A DNA stretch of 34,142 bases, from NCBI GenBank assembly GCA_044229815.1, contig JBGASI010000005.1, forward strand, positions 1 to 34,142, written 5' to 3'. The DNA comes from Vicinamibacteria bacterium (GTDB lineage Bacteria > Acidobacteriota > Vicinamibacteria > Fen-336). Shown piece by piece: positions 1 through 11,018 of this stretch; position 1 is the first letter of the stretch, and each line of letters starts with the position of its first letter. Both the position numbers and the translations under genes were made by a program. The notes beneath the pieces were generated by a model. The model was not told where the DNA came from and did no database searches. It saw only the letters and a list, made by a program, of their open reading frames with translations.

Positions 1-1795
1 GGCGGAGGACCGCTCGCCCGCGGGTGGAGGCAGCCTGCAGCGCGGCGCGCAGCTCGTGCTGCAAGCCCTCGCGAGCCATCGCGACGGCGTTGAGGCTGGC
101 CTGGCCGGGCGGCGGTCGCAGGTACGGGCTGACGTCGCCGTGGACGTAGAGGATCTCGCCCTTCGTGTCGGTCACCACCGAAGGTGGCGCGAACGACTTG
201 AGCAGCGCGCGCCGGGTCAGGTCGGCGAGGTCGACGCGGCCGGGGGCCGCGGGTGACTCCGCCGGGCGCGGGGTCGACAGGTCGGCCGTGCGGGCGAACG
301 TGGAGGGGAAGGACTGGCCGCTCGAGGCGAGCGGCTTGCGCCGGAAGAACTTGCTCCGGCGGTCGAGGGCGGAGAACAGGTCGACGTGGTTGCCGATGCT
401 CTCGGAGGGCGCCAGGAAGAGGCCCCCCCCGGGCGCGAGCGCGTAATGGAAGGAGGGCAGCAGCCGGTCCTGCAGGGCCGGCTCGAAGTAGATGAGCACG
501 TTGCGGCAGCTGAGCAGGTCGAGCTTCGTGAAGGGGGGGTCCTTGGCCAGGTCCTGGACCGCGAAGACGATCATGTCGCGGATCACCCGGCGCACGCGGT
601 AGCCGCCGTCTTCCTTGCTGAAGAAGCGCGTCAGTCGCTCCGGCGTGACGTCGGCCGCGATGTTGGGCGGGTAGAGACCCGCGCGCGCGCTGGTGATCGC
701 GTCCTCGTCGATGTCCGTGGCGTAGATCTGGATCCACGGCTCGAGGCCGGCGGCGTCGAGGTGCTCGCGCAGGACGATCGCGATCGAGTAGGCCTCCTCC
801 CCCGTCGAGCAGCCGGCCACCCAGACGCGGATCGGGCGCTCCGGGGGCCGGTCCGCGAGGACGAGCGGGAGCACCTCGAGCCGAAGCGCCTCGAAGGCCG
901 CCGGGTCGCGGAAGAAGCTCGTGACGTTGATCAGCAGCTCCTTGAACAGGAGCTGGACCTCCGCCGGCCTCTCGCGCAGGAGCTGGCCGTAGGCGTCCAC
1001 CGTCTCGACCCCCACGACGCCCATCCGCCGCAGGACGCGACGGTGCACCGTGCTCTTCTTGTAGAGGGAGAAGTCGTGCCCCGTCTCCGCGCGGAGCTGC
1101 TGGAGCACCCGGCGCAGCGCGCCCGCCGTGGCGGGCAGCTCGGCGTCGCCGGGCCGGCCCGGCGCGGTCTTCAGGCACTCGCCGATGCGCGCCGGCATCT
1201 CCTCGACCGGCAGCACGTAGGTGGCGAGGCCGTTCTGGATCGCGCTCGTCGGCATGCCGTCGTAGCGGGCCCCGGCCGGTTCCTGTACCAGCGAGACCCC
1301 GCCGGCGCCGAGCACGGCGCGCAGGCCGAGCGTGCCGTCCGAGCCCGTGCCGGAGAGGACCACGGCGATCGCGGCCTCGCCCTGCTCCTGCGCGAGCGAG
1401 CGGAAGAAGGTGTCGATCGGCAGGCGCTGCCCGTGCGGGAGGTCGGGGACGCGCAGCTGCAGGACGCCGTCGAAGACCGTCAGGTCGCGGTTCGGGGGGA
1501 TGACGTGCACGCGGTTGGCGACCACCGGCATCTGGTCCGTGGCCTCGACCACGGGCATGGTCGTGGTGCGCTGGAGGATCTCGGTGAGCAGGCTCGCGTG
1601 TCCGGGAGCGAGGTGCGGGACGAGGACGAACGCGACGCCGACGTCCGGCGCCTGGTTGCGGAAGAACTGCTCGAAGGCCTCGAGCCCGCCGGCCGAGGCG
1701 CCGATTGCCACGATCGGCGGGCGGGGCCGCGGGTCGGGGGGCGGCCGGGTCGGCCGGGGGGGTGCCGCGCCGCGACGTCCGGTCGGCCGCTTCAT
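1..1795 (-). CDS. CheB methylesterase-CheR methyltransferase fusion with PAS-like region (3'-partial, runs off left edge)
   Basis: Not in the ORF track. Hand translation from ATG 1795: [13 protein letters not shown]...[19 protein letters not shown]...VLVPHLAP...LSGTGSDG (CheB Ser/His/Asp motifs). This is followed by CheR motifs [36 protein letters not shown] and [13 protein letters not shown]. No stop was seen in the segments translated, including the last ~450 nt. Confidence 0.93.
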   Translation of the reverse strand, partial: MKRPTGRRGAAPPRPTRPPPDPRPRPPIVAIGASAGGLEAFEQFFRNQAPDVGVAFVLVPHLAPGHASLLTEILQRTTTMPVVEATDQMPVVANRVHVIPPNRDLTVFDGVLQLRVPDLPHGQRLPIDTFFRSLAQEQGEAAIAVVLSGTGSDGTLGLRAVLGAGGVSLVQEPAGARYDGMPTSAIQNGLATYVLPVEEMPARIGECLKTAPGRPGDAELPATAGALRRVLQQLRAETGHDFSLYKKSTVHRRVLRRMGVVGVETVDAYGQLLRERPAEVQLLFKELLINVTSFFRDPAAFEALRLEVLPLVLADRPPERPIRVWVAGCSTGEEAYSIAIVLREHLDAAGLEPWIQIYATDIDEDAITSARAGLYPPNIAADVTPERLTRFFSKEDGGYRVRRVIRDMIVFAVQDLAKDPPFTKLDLLSCRNVLIYFEPALQDRLLPSFHYALAPGGGLFLAPSESIGNHVDLFSALDRRSKFFRRKPLASSGQSFPSTFARTADLSTPRPAESPAAPGRVDLADLTRRALLKSFAPPSVVTDTKGEILYVHGDVSPYLRPPPGQASLNAVAMAREGLQHELRAALQAASTRGRAVLR

Positions 1796-1846
1796 GGCAG
1801 GCACATTGTCGCACCCGCCGGCCTTCGTTCATAGGACGGCGCGAGC

Positions 1847-1870
1847 CATAATCCCGCGACCGCGGAGGTC
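1847..1870 (+). promoter_or_regulatory. Putative -10 (CATAAT) and Shine-Dalgarno (GGAGG) of glgP
   Basis: CATAAT at 1847-1852 in GC-rich context, and GGAGG shortly upstream of ATG 1876, within the 80-bp divergent intergenic region. Confidence 0.45.
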
Positions 1871-1875
1871 CAGCC

Positions 1876-4280
1876 ATGGACAAGACCCGCCTGCCCGGCC
1901 TGACGCCCGCCCGCCTCGGCGTCGAGGACTGGAAGCGCTCGATCGCGGACAAGCTCTATTACGCGCTCGCCCGCTTCCCGGCCGTGGCGACGCCCAACGA
2001 CCGCTACCTGGCGGTCGCCCTCGCGGTGCGCGACCGCCTGCTCGAGCGCTGGCTCGCGACCGCCTCGACCTACGCCCGCGAGGGCAGCCGCACCGTCTGC
2101 TACCTCTCGGCCGAGTTCCTGCTCGGCCCGCACCTGGCGAACAACCTGCTGAACCTGGGCGTCGAGCGCGAGGTGCGCCAGGCGCTCGGCGAGATGGGCG
2201 ACGACCTCGACGCGATCGTCGCGCAGGAGGAGGAGCCGGGGCTCGGCAACGGGGGCCTCGGCCGGCTGGCGGCCTGCTACCTCGACTCGCTGGCGACGCT
2301 CGAGATCCCGGCGATCGGCTACGGGATCCGCTACGAGTACGGCATCTTCGACCAGTCGATCCGCGACGGCTGGCAGGTCGAGTCCACCGACAACTGGCTG
2401 CGCCTGGGCAACCCGTGGGAGATCCCGCGCCCCGAGATCGCGTTCCCCGTGTTCCTCGGCGGTCGAACGCAGACCGCGCAGGACGCCGGGGGACGCCTGC
2501 GCGTCGCCTGGCTGCCCGAGCGCGTCGTGAAGGGCGTGGCGTACGACACGCCGATCCTCGGCTACCGGGTGAACACGGCCAACATGCTGCGGCTGTGGAG
2601 CGCGCAGGCGGCCGAGTCGTTCGACTTCGCAGCGTTCAACGAGGGCGACTACTACCGCGCCGTCGAGCAGAAGACCCTCTCGGAGAACATCACCAAGGTC
2701 CTCTACCCCAACGACGAGACGGCCGGCGGCAAGCAGCTGCGCCTCGAGCAGCAGTACTTCTTCGTCACCTGCGCGCTGCAGGCAACGACACCCACCCGGC
2801 GCTCGCCGTGGCCGAGCTGATGCGGCTGCTGGTCGACGTGCACGGCGCGCCCTGGGAGCGCGCCTGGGAGATCACGACCCGCACCTTCGGCTACACCAAC
2901 CACACGCTGCTGCCGGAGGCCCTCGAGAAGTGGCCGCTGCCCCTCTTCCGGTCGCTGCTGCCGCGGCACCTGGAGATCGTCTACGAGGTCAACCGGCGCT
3001 TCCTCGACGAGGTGCGGCTGCGCTTCCCCGGCGACGAGGCCCGGGTGCAGCGGGTGTCGCTGGTCGACGAGTCGGGGCCGCGCTACGTGCGGATGGCGAA
3101 CCTGGCCTGCGTCGGCTCACACGCGGTCAACGGCGTGGCGCGCCTGCACTCGCAGCTGCTGAAGGAAGAGCTGCTGCGCGACTTCTGCGAGCTGTGGCCG
3201 GAGAAGTTCAGGAACGTCACGAACGGCGTCACGCCGCGCCGCTTCGTGGCGCTCGTCAACCCGGGCCTCGCGGCGCTCGTCAGCGGCGCGATCGGCGAAC
3301 GCTGGATCGGCGAGCTCGACGAGCTGCGCCGGCTCGAGCCGCTCGCCGAGGACGCCGCCTTCCGCGCCGCGTGGCGGGCGGTGAAGCTGGCGAACAAGAC
3401 GGCGCTGGCCGCGGAGATCCGCGAGCGGGCGGGCGTCGCGGTCTCGCCCGAGTCGCTCTTCGACGTGCAAGTGAAGCGGTTCCACGAGTACAAGCGCCAG
3501 CACCTCAACGTGCTGCACGTGGCGGCGCTGCACGAGCGGCTGCGGCGGGACCCGGGGCACCAGGCACCGCCGCGCACGGTCGTCTTCGGCGGCAAGGCCG
3601 CGCCCGGCTACCGCACCGCCAAGCTGATCATCAAGCTCGTCCACTCGGTGGCGGCCGCCGTCAACGCCGACCCGGCGGTCGCCGGCCGGCTGCGCGTCGC
3701 GTTCCTGCCCGACTACAACGTGACGAACTGCCGGCGCATCTTCCCGGCGGCGGAGCTGTCGGAGCAGATCTCGACCGCGGGCAAGGAGGCCTCCGGCACC
3801 GGAAACATGAAGTTCTCGCTCAACGGCGCGCTGACGATCGGCACGCTCGACGGCGCGAACGTGGAGATCCGCGAGGACGTCGGGCCGGAGAACTTCTTCC
3901 TGTTCGGCCTCAGCGTCACGGACGTCGCGCGGCTGCGGGTGACGGGCTACCGCCCGCGGGAGCACTACGAACGCGACGAGGAGCTGCGCCTCGCGCTCGA
4001 CCGCATCGGCTCCGGCTTCTACTCCCCGGAGGACCCGGGGCTGTTCCGCCCGCTCGTCGACTCGCTGCTCGAGAGCGACCCGTTCCTGCTGCTCGCGGAC
4101 TTCCGCTCCTACGTCGACGCCCAGGATGCCGTCGGCCGCGCCTGGCTCGACGCCGAGCGCTGGACGCGCATGTCGATCCTCAACGTGGCGCGCATGGGAC
4201 GCTTCTCCTCGGACCGTTCGATCGGCGACTACTGCCGCGAGATCTGGCACGTGGACCCCCAGCCGATCGTTCTCGGCTAG
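1876..4280 (+). pseudogene. glgP: Glycogen/starch phosphorylase disrupted by an internal frameshifting deletion at ~2782
   Basis: The frame from 1876 gives [20 protein letters not shown]...KVLYPND...[16 protein letters not shown] different frame resumes at [14 protein letters not shown]...[12 protein letters not shown]...[11 protein letters not shown]...[10 protein letters not shown] (PLP lysine) and ends at TAG 4280. The segment normally between ALQ and NDTHP is missing. Confidence 0.88.
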
Positions 4281-4299
4281 CGACCAGAGGAGCGGCCCG

Positions 4300-6432
4300 A
4301 TGAGACGAGGAGCGACCCTCCACGCGACGATCGTGCTCGGCCTGCTGGCGGCCGCGACGCTGGCCGCGGACGCGCCCCGCCCCGCCGACCTGTCGTTCCT
4401 GCTCGACGCCCCGGCCGGGCGCGACGGCTTCGTGCGGGCGCGCCGCGGGCACCTCGTCCGCCCCGACGGCCGGCGCTTCCGGGCCTGGGGCGTGAACCTG
4501 ACCGGCGCGGCGGCGCTGCCGCCGAAAGAGGACGCGCCGCGGCTGGCCGCGCTGCTGGCGAGCCGCGGCGTCAACGCAGCCCGCCTGCACTTCCTCGACC
4601 TCGACGCCCCGCGCGGCCTCGTCGCCGCCGGCACGAAGGACTCGCGCACGTTCGACGCGTCGATGCTCGACCGGCTCGACTTCTTCGTGGCGGAGCTGAA
4701 GCGGCGGGGCGTGTACACGGACCTCAACCTCAACGTCGGCCGGCGCTACCGGGCGGGCGACGGCGTGCGCGAGCACGATTGGCTCGGCTACGCGAAGGCC
4801 CTCACCCTCTACGACGAGGGGCTGGTGCGGCTGCAGCGGGAGTACGCGCGCGCGCTGCTCACGCACCGCAACCCTTACACGGGCAACGAGTACCGGAAGG
4901 AGCCGGCGGTCGTGCTGGTGGAGCTGGTCAACGAGAACTCGCTCGTCGAGTCGTGGTTTTCCGGGCGCCTGCTCGGGGAGAAGGCCACGAAGGCCCCCGG
5001 CACCTGGACGGACATCCCGGCGAGCTACGCGCGCGACCTGACGGCGCGCTACCAGGCCTGGCTGCGCCAGCGGCTCCCCGCGGCGCAGCTCGCGCGCCTG
5101 CGCGCGGAGGCAGGCGTCGGGACGGGTGGGGAGCTGCCGCGCCTGCGGCCGGACGAGTTCGCGCTTGCGTCGCGGCTGCGCTTCCGCACGGAGGCCTCGT
5201 TCTACGTCGAGACCGAGACGCGCTACTTCACGGCGATGGCGGCCTTCCTGCACGACGAGCTGGGCGTCGAGGCGCCGGTGGTGGGCACCGCGGACCACAA
5301 CCACTACTGGAGCGGCTACCCGCTGCTGCGCTCGGTCGCGCGGCTCGACGTGGTGGACGGCCACGACTACTGGCAGCACCCGGATTACCTCGACGGCCGC
5401 ACGACCGACGGCCACGCGCTGTTCCGCATCCCGAACACGGCGATGGTGGACGATCCGCTGCGCTCGACGGTGGTCGAGCTGGCGCGCTCGGCAGTGGCCG
5501 GGAAGCCCTACACCGTCTCCGAGGTGAACCACCCCTTCCCCAACGACTACGCGAGCGAGGGCATCCCGATCCTCGCCGCCTACGCCGCGCTGCAGGACTG
5601 GGACGGCGTCTTCTGGTACACGCTCGAGCACGACCCGCCGGCCGAGTGGCGGCCGCGGCTCGGCGGCCACTTCGACCTGCGCCCCGACCCGCTGAAGATG
5701 GCCCAGCTCGCCGCGGGCGCGCTCCTCTTCCTGCGCGCCGACGTGGCGCCGGCACGCGCGGCGCACCTGCGCTCCTACACCGCCGCCCAGGCCCTCGACA
5801 GCCTGCGCCTCCCGCACGAGGAGCGGCCGTTCTTCACGCCGGGCTTCGATCTCACGCTGCCGCTGCGCATGCGGGTGCGGATCCGCGGCCTCGACGGCGG
5901 CCCGAGCGACGTCGCTCCGGCGGCGCCGGCAGGGCCGATCGCCTCCGACACCGGCGAGCTCGTCTGGCGCCACGGCGCGAAGGGCACGGGCCTCGTCACC
6001 CTGGACGCGCCGCGCGCGCAGGCGATCGTTGGCTTCCCGCCGCGCGAGGGCACCCGGCTCAGCCACCTCGAGGCGCGAGTGGAGAACGCCTTCGCCGCGC
6101 TCACGCTGGGCGCGCTCGACGCCGAGCCGATCGCACGCTCTTCCCGGCTGCTGCTGGTCGCGGCCACCCGCGTCTCCAACACCGGCCAGGAGTGGAACGC
6201 GACCCGCACCGGGCTCGACGCCTGGGGCACGGCGCCGGTGCGTGTCGAACCGGTGCGCGGACGCGTCACGCTGCGCAGGCTGACGGGCGCCAGGCGCGTC
6301 GTCGCGAGGCCGCTCGACGCAGCGGGAGAGCCGAGCGGCCCGGCCCTCGAAGGGCTCGCGACGGCGGACGGCTGGCAGCTCGACCTGGGCGACGCCCCGG
6401 CCGGCTGGTACGTGGTCGCGGTGACGCGCTAG
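4300..6432 (+). CDS. Secreted glycoside hydrolase, GH-A clan (GH5-like TIM barrel) with C-terminal domain
   Basis: ATG 4300 follows GAGGAG. Signal peptide, then WGVN, LHFLD, ELVNENSL (acid/base), DGHDYWQHP and KPYTVSEVN (nucleophile). Confidence 0.75.
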   Translation: MRRGATLHATIVLGLLAAATLAADAPRPADLSFLLDAPAGRDGFVRARRGHLVRPDGRRFRAWGVNLTGAAALPPKEDAPRLAALLASRGVNAARLHFLDLDAPRGLVAAGTKDSRTFDASMLDRLDFFVAELKRRGVYTDLNLNVGRRYRAGDGVREHDWLGYAKALTLYDEGLVRLQREYARALLTHRNPYTGNEYRKEPAVVLVELVNENSLVESWFSGRLLGEKATKAPGTWTDIPASYARDLTARYQAWLRQRLPAAQLARLRAEAGVGTGGELPRLRPDEFALASRLRFRTEASFYVETETRYFTAMAAFLHDELGVEAPVVGTADHNHYWSGYPLLRSVARLDVVDGHDYWQHPDYLDGRTTDGHALFRIPNTAMVDDPLRSTVVELARSAVAGKPYTVSEVNHPFPNDYASEGIPILAAYAALQDWDGVFWYTLEHDPPAEWRPRLGGHFDLRPDPLKMAQLAAGALLFLRADVAPARAAHLRSYTAAQALDSLRLPHEERPFFTPGFDLTLPLRMRVRIRGLDGGPSDVAPAAPAGPIASDTGELVWRHGAKGTGLVTLDAPRAQAIVGFPPREGTRLSHLEARVENAFAALTLGALDAEPIARSSRLLLVAATRVSNTGQEWNATRTGLDAWGTAPVRVEPVRGRVTLRRLTGARRVVARPLDAAGEPSGPALEGLATADGWQLDLGDAPAGWYVVAVTR

Positions 6433-7961
6433 CGCTTCGCGGAAGCCGCGGGACGCGGGGCGGCACTCGGGCGGCCGACGAGCTGCGGCCGCTTCGTCGG
6501 GCCGAAGCCGACGTTCATCTCCTGGTCAAGCACGAGCGCTCTCCCGGTGAACCACAGCCGCAGCGTCGAGCAGAACGGCGTCTCGTGGAGGCAGGCCTTC
6601 ACCGTGTAGGTGTCGTCGGCGGTCCAGGCGCCGGTCGCCGCCACCTTCTGCTCGCCGCCGCCCGTCAGCAACGTCCCGCCCCGGCGCCACTCGCCGTGGC
6701 CGCAGGGCACGCGCTGCTCACGGCCGCCGCTGCGCAGCACGAGCGTCGTCTCGGGACCGGTCTCGAGGCCGATCGCCTCGAGGCCGTCGTCGTTCTTGGG
6801 CAGCTCGAACAGCCGGCCGGAGACCTCGCGCGCGAGCGGCGAGGTGGGACGACCCGCCTGCGGCGGCAGGGTCAGGCTCGCGAGCTTCCGGGCGAGGCGC
6901 TCCTGCGGCGCGGCGTCCGGCGGGAGCGCCGCCGGCTTCATCCCCGGCAGCAGCTCGTCCCAGACAAGGTTGAGCACGGCCTGCATGTCGCGCACGCCGC
7001 TCGTGATCGCGACGACCGCGTCCTGCTCCGGCATCACGATGCAGTACTGGCCGAAGGCCCCGTCGCCGCGGTAGAAGCCATGGCGGCAGCGCCAGAACTG
7101 GTAGCCGTAGCCCTGGTCCCAGTCGCTCTCGGGGTTGCTGCCGTTCGAGGCCTGGCGCGAGGTGGCGAGGTCCACCCAGGCCGCCGGCAGGATCCGCCGG
7201 CCGTTCCACTCGCCGCGCCGGAGGTAGAGCTGGCCGAAGCGCGCGATGTCCTCGGTCGTCACCGAGAGCCCGAAGCCGCCCATGTTGACGCCCTGGGAGT
7301 TCGCCTCCCAGGCCGGGTGGGCGATCCCGAGCGGCTCGAACAGACGCGGCCGCAGGTACTCGAGGATCGGCTGCCCGGTGACCTTCTGCACGATCGCCGA
7401 GAGCATGAACGAGGCGGGCGTGTTGTAGACGAAGTGGGTGCCCGGCTTGTGGGCCACGGGCAGCGCCAGGAACGCGCGCGTGGGCGTCGGCTCGCTGCCG
7501 CTGTAGGCGAAGCGCTCGATGTCGGCCGCGTGGTGGCCCGTGGACATCGCCAGCAGGTCCCGCACGCGCATGTTCTTCAGGTTCTCGCTCGGCTCGGCCG
7601 GCGCTTCTCCGGGGAAGAAGGAGAGGACGCTGTCGTCGAGGCTCAGCTTGCCCTCGGCGATCGCGAGCCCGACGGCGGTCGAGGTGAAGCTCTTGCTCAG
7701 CGAGAAGAGCACGTGCGGATCGTCGCGCCGGTAAGGGCCCCACCAGCCCTCGGCCACGACCTGCCCGTGGCGCAGCACCATCAGGCTGTGGAGCGCGTCG
7801 ATCTTCTTCTCGGCCGACTCGACGAAGGACAGGATCGCGGAGGACGCGACGCCCTGCGCCTCGGGCGTGCTGCGGGGCAACGAGGCGGGCTCGGCCGCGA
7901 CGGCGACGGCAGGGACCGAGAGGGAGGCAACGAGCAGCAGCGAGGGGGCGAGTGCTCTCAT
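6429..7961 (-). CDS. Serine hydrolase, beta-lactamase class C/PBP-like family, exported
   Basis: Signal peptide; FSLSKSFT (SxxK), FVYNT (catalytic Tyr), YGYQFW and GDGAFGQ. Confidence 0.9.
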   Translation of the reverse strand: MRALAPSLLLVASLSVPAVAVAAEPASLPRSTPEAQGVASSAILSFVESAEKKIDALHSLMVLRHGQVVAEGWWGPYRRDDPHVLFSLSKSFTSTAVGLAIAEGKLSLDDSVLSFFPGEAPAEPSENLKNMRVRDLLAMSTGHHAADIERFAYSGSEPTPTRAFLALPVAHKPGTHFVYNTPASFMLSAIVQKVTGQPILEYLRPRLFEPLGIAHPAWEANSQGVNMGGFGLSVTTEDIARFGQLYLRRGEWNGRRILPAAWVDLATSRQASNGSNPESDWDQGYGYQFWRCRHGFYRGDGAFGQYCIVMPEQDAVVAITSGVRDMQAVLNLVWDELLPGMKPAALPPDAAPQERLARKLASLTLPPQAGRPTSPLAREVSGRLFELPKNDDGLEAIGLETGPETTLVLRSGGREQRVPCGHGEWRRGGTLLTGGGEQKVAATGAWTADDTYTVKACLHETPFCSTLRLWFTGRALVLDQEMNVGFGPTKRPQLVGRPSAAPRPAASAKR

Positions 7962-7990
7962 GGGGCGGATTGTGTCAGAAGACGGCCCAG

Positions 7991-8033
7991 GGCAGGATCG
8001 CGGCGGCGGGTCGGCCCCGCGCCGCCGCCTGCC
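7991..8033 (-). terminator. GC-rich hairpin after the asparaginase-like gene (no U-tract)
   Basis: GGCAGG..GCGGCGGCGGG and CCCGC..CCGCC..CCTGCC form an imperfect inverted repeat just downstream of stop 8039. It may be chance at this GC content. Confidence 0.25.
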
Positions 8034-8038
8034 GCCGG

Positions 8039-8536
8039 CTAGCCCTTCGTCTCGAAGACGCCGAGCTGGCGGTTCTTCGCGACGTTGTCCCAGGCGAAGC
8101 AGCGGCCGTTCATCGCGACGTAGACGCCGTGGGGCAGGGCCTGGACGAACGACAGCGCGCTGCCGAGGTTGAACAGCCCGTCCGAGCTGCCGAAGGCGTA
8201 GGGCACCATCGCGCCCGTCAGCACGATCGTCTTTGGCAGGAAGGCCTCACCCAGCACGCGCGCGGTGTCGGTCATGGTGTCCGTCCCGTGCGTGATCACG
8301 ATCCGCTCCTCGGCGGCCGAGCGGCAGTTGGCGAGCACGAGAGCGCGATCCGCGTCCGTCAGCTCGAGGCTGTCGACCATCATCAGCGTGCGCACCGCCA
8401 GCTCGAGCCGGCAGCGCCCGAGCTGCAGCATCTCCTGGATGTGCGTGTCCTGGAAGCGCAGCTGGCCGCTGATCTCGTCGTAGGTCTTGTCGAAGGTGCC
8501 GCCCGTGATGAAGACGCGGATCGCCGTCCCGGCCAC
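8039..8536 (-). CDS. Short asparaginase N-terminal-domain protein (165 aa)
   Basis: GTG 8536 lies just after the araA stop. Motifs ITGGTFDK, VDSLELT, ITHGTDTM and VLTGAM match asparaginase/glutaminase catalytic motifs. The C-terminal domain is absent. Confidence 0.85.
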   Translation of the reverse strand: MAGTAIRVFITGGTFDKTYDEISGQLRFQDTHIQEMLQLGRCRLELAVRTLMMVDSLELTDADRALVLANCRSAAEERIVITHGTDTMTDTARVLGEAFLPKTIVLTGAMVPYAFGSSDGLFNLGSALSFVQALPHGVYVAMNGRCFAWDNVAKNRQLGVFETKG

Positions 8537-8541
8537 GGCCC

Positions 8542-10038
8542 TCAGAGACCCTTCGTCGACACGTAGTAGGCCTCGTTCCAGCGCAGCTCCTTCTTGAGCT
8601 GGCGGATCGTGGTCGCCTCGTCGATCAGCACCAGCTCGATGCCGGCCATCTCGGCGTAGTCCTCGAGGTGCTCGACGCCGAGCGCCTGGGTGAAGGCCGT
8701 GTGGTGCGCGCCGCCGGCGTGGATCCAGGCGGCGGCCGCGACCTTGAGGCCCGGCTGCGGCACCCAGACCGCCCGGGCCGTGGGCAGCTTCGGCAGGGCG
8801 GCCTCCGGCTTCACCACGTCCACCGCGTTCACGATCAGCCGGAAGCGGTTGCCGAGGTCGACCAGCGAGGCGTTGAGCGCCGGGCCCGCCGGCACGTTGA
8901 ACACGAGACGGGCCGGGTCGGCCTTGCCGCCGATGCCGAGCGGGTGCACCTCGAGCGAGGGCCGGCCCTCGGCGATCGAGGAGCAGACCTCCAGCATGTG
9001 CGCGCCGAGCACGCGCGGGTTGCGGGGGTCGAGGTGGTAGGTGTAGTCCTCCATGAACGAGGTGCCGCCGGGCAGCCCGCTCGCCATCACTTTCACCGCG
9101 CGTACGAGCGCCGCGGTCTTCCAGTCGCCCTCGGCGCCGAAGCCGTAGCCGTCCGCCATCAGCCGCTGCACCGCGAGGCCCGGCAGCTGGCCCAGACCGT
9201 GCAGGTCCTCGAAGGTGGTGGTGAAGGCGGAGAAGCCGCCCTCGCGCAGGAAGGCGCGCAGGCCCGCCTCGACGCGCGCCTGCTCGCGCAGGTTGGCCTG
9301 CTGGGCGTCGCTGGCCTTGATCTCGTAGGCCGCTCGATACTGCTCGAGCAGGGCGGTGATCTCCGTCTCCTGGACCTCGTTCACCATCGCCACCAGGTCG
9401 CCGACGCCGTAGCCGTTCACCGAGTAACCGAACTGGCGCTGCGCCGCGACCTTGTCGCCCTCTGTGACCGCCACCTCGCGCATGTTGTCGCCGAAGCGGG
9501 CCACCTTGAGCCGGCGCGTGTCGGCCCAGCCGCAGGCCGCGCGCGTCCAGGCGCCGACCTCGGCGTGCACCTGCTCGTCCTGCCAGTGGCCGACCACGAC
9601 CTTGCGGTTCTGGCGCAGGCGCGTGCAGATGAACCCGAACTCGCGGTCGCCGTGGGCGGCCTGGTTCAGGTTCATGAAGTCCATGTCGATCGAGCCCCAC
9701 GGCAGGTCGCGGTTGAACTGCGTGTGCAGGTGCAGGTAGGGCTTCTGCAGCGCGGTGAGGCCGCCGATCCACATCTTGGCCGGCGAGAAGGTGTGCATCC
9801 ACAGCACGAGGCCGACGCAGTCCTTCGCGACGTTCGCCTCGGTCAGCAGCGCGTAGATCTCGTCGGGTGTCTTGACGACGGGCTTGAACACCACGCGACA
9901 GGCGACGCGCGGCGAGGCGTCGAGCGCCGCCGCGATCGTGCGCGAGTTCTCGGCCACCTGGGCGAGCGTCTCGGGGCCGTAGAGGTGCTGCGAGCCCGTC
10001 ACGAACCAGACTTCCGACTGCTTGAGGTTGGGGATCAA
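8542..10038 (-). CDS. araA: L-arabinose isomerase
   Basis: TTG 10038 with AGGAGG SD gives 498 aa. Motifs [59 protein letters not shown] and GGAHHT. Confidence 0.97.
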   Translation of the reverse strand: MIPNLKQSEVWFVTGSQHLYGPETLAQVAENSRTIAAALDASPRVACRVVFKPVVKTPDEIYALLTEANVAKDCVGLVLWMHTFSPAKMWIGGLTALQKPYLHLHTQFNRDLPWGSIDMDFMNLNQAAHGDREFGFICTRLRQNRKVVVGHWQDEQVHAEVGAWTRAACGWADTRRLKVARFGDNMREVAVTEGDKVAAQRQFGYSVNGYGVGDLVAMVNEVQETEITALLEQYRAAYEIKASDAQQANLREQARVEAGLRAFLREGGFSAFTTTFEDLHGLGQLPGLAVQRLMADGYGFGAEGDWKTAALVRAVKVMASGLPGGTSFMEDYTYHLDPRNPRVLGAHMLEVCSSIAEGRPSLEVHPLGIGGKADPARLVFNVPAGPALNASLVDLGNRFRLIVNAVDVVKPEAALPKLPTARAVWVPQPGLKVAAAAWIHAGGAHHTAFTQALGVEHLEDYAEMAGIELVLIDEATTIRQLKKELRWNEAYYVSTKGL

Positions 10039-10150
10039 GGCGTCCTCCTGGCCGGGTATGACCTCCAAGAGCATACCCGAGGGAGGGCGCCCGCGACGCC
10101 GACGTCGAAGAGGTCGTGCGCTCGACGGACCCGGTCCGCGGCGAGGGGTA

Positions 10151-10690
10151 CTAGCGCCGTTTCGCGCGGCGCCCTTCGAGAAACGCGATGTCCTCGGCAT
10201 CTCCTGGTGAAGAGCGGCTCGCCGCCGCGATCTTCTTGAGGCGGAGGAGGTCGGACTCCGAGGCCACGCGCAGGACGGTGGAGCGCGCCTTGACCGTGAC
10301 CGCACGCCTGGCGAGCGTCGCGGCGGGCAGGGGGAAGTCGAACAGGAGGTCGATGCGCAGGCCCGTCTCCGGGTTCAGGAAATAGACGCTCGCGGGGGCG
10401 TCCAGGCGGAGCCGCGCCGCGGCCACCCTGCGGTTGTCGATCGTGGCCGTCACCTCTCCTGCGGCGTCGACCCGGGAGGCGAGCTCGAGTCCCCTGTCGT
10501 AGAAGGCGTCGACGAGCCCGCCGAGACCCGCGCCGGGCCGCGCGACGACGAAGTCGAAGTCCCGGGTCACGCGCCGCGAGCCGAGCACGACGAGGGCCAT
10601 GCCCCCCACGAGCACCGGCTCGAGCCCCAGACCGGAGAGCGCCGCGGCCACGCTCCCGACTTCCTCCAGATGGGATGCGGCTGCCCGCAC
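10151..10690 (-). CDS. Nucleotidyltransferase-family protein (AbiEii/MenT-like, Pol-beta fold)
   Basis: [24 protein letters not shown] matches the GG-A...R-T-D-D NTase motif. Also RIDLL and a C-terminal LLRLKK...R...D..DI. Confidence 0.75.
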   Translation of the reverse strand: MRAAASHLEEVGSVAAALSGLGLEPVLVGGMALVVLGSRRVTRDFDFVVARPGAGLGGLVDAFYDRGLELASRVDAAGEVTATIDNRRVAAARLRLDAPASVYFLNPETGLRIDLLFDFPLPAATLARRAVTVKARSTVLRVASESDLLRLKKIAAASRSSPGDAEDIAFLEGRRAKRR

Positions 10691-10691
10691 G

Positions 10692-10952
10692 TCACGACAC
10701 CAGCGGCCGGAGCCCCGGGAGACGGCCGCTGAACGTCTTCATCCGGACGAGCTTCGGCGGCCCGCCGCGCAACTCGAGGACGGCGGCGGCGTAGCGGAGG
10801 TTCTCCGCGACGCGCCGAGCCGCGAGGAGCGAACGCCCTCGGGCCTGCCCTCCCAGCGTCGCGATCTGCCGCCGCCGCTCCGGCGAGAGCCGCTTCGCCC
10901 GCGCGCGCCCCCCGCGCCGCCCCAGCCGACGTGCCATCTCCCGGGCGTCCAT
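10692..10952 (-). CDS. Small very basic protein (86 aa), putative antitoxin or nucleic-acid-binding partner
   Basis: MDAREMARRLGRRGGRARAKRLSPERRRQIATLGGQARG...; its TGA lies 1 nt before the NTase GTG. It is the C-terminal part of track ORF 10692..12677. Confidence 0.6.
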   Translation of the reverse strand: MDAREMARRLGRRGGRARAKRLSPERRRQIATLGGQARGRSLLAARRVAENLRYAAAVLELRGGPPKLVRMKTFSGRLPGLRPLVS

Positions 10953-11018
10953 CAGCCGATTCTTGCTTAGCGGCAAGCATGAGGCAAGCGGAGGGGCGCT
11001 GCTGCTATGATCCGCGCC

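Noticed and set aside
386-1834. Long + strand ORF, and similar long shadow ORFs such as 4779..8042, 20150..22537 and 25569..28154
   Set aside because: These are antisense or alternate-frame ORFs typical of very high GC DNA. They have Arg/Gly/Pro-rich or motif-free translations and overlap well-supported genes.
2783-2820. Programmed frameshift or Sec read-through in glgP (TGA 2818)
   Set aside because: There is no slippery sequence, conserved residues are physically missing, and the TGA lies in the out-of-frame tail.
6426-6435. Palindromes at convergent gene ends (GCGCTAGCGC; also TCAGCTGA at 16596 and TGAGCTCA at 23737)
   Set aside because: They are largely explained by opposing stop codons abutting or overlapping; nothing suggests a repeat element.
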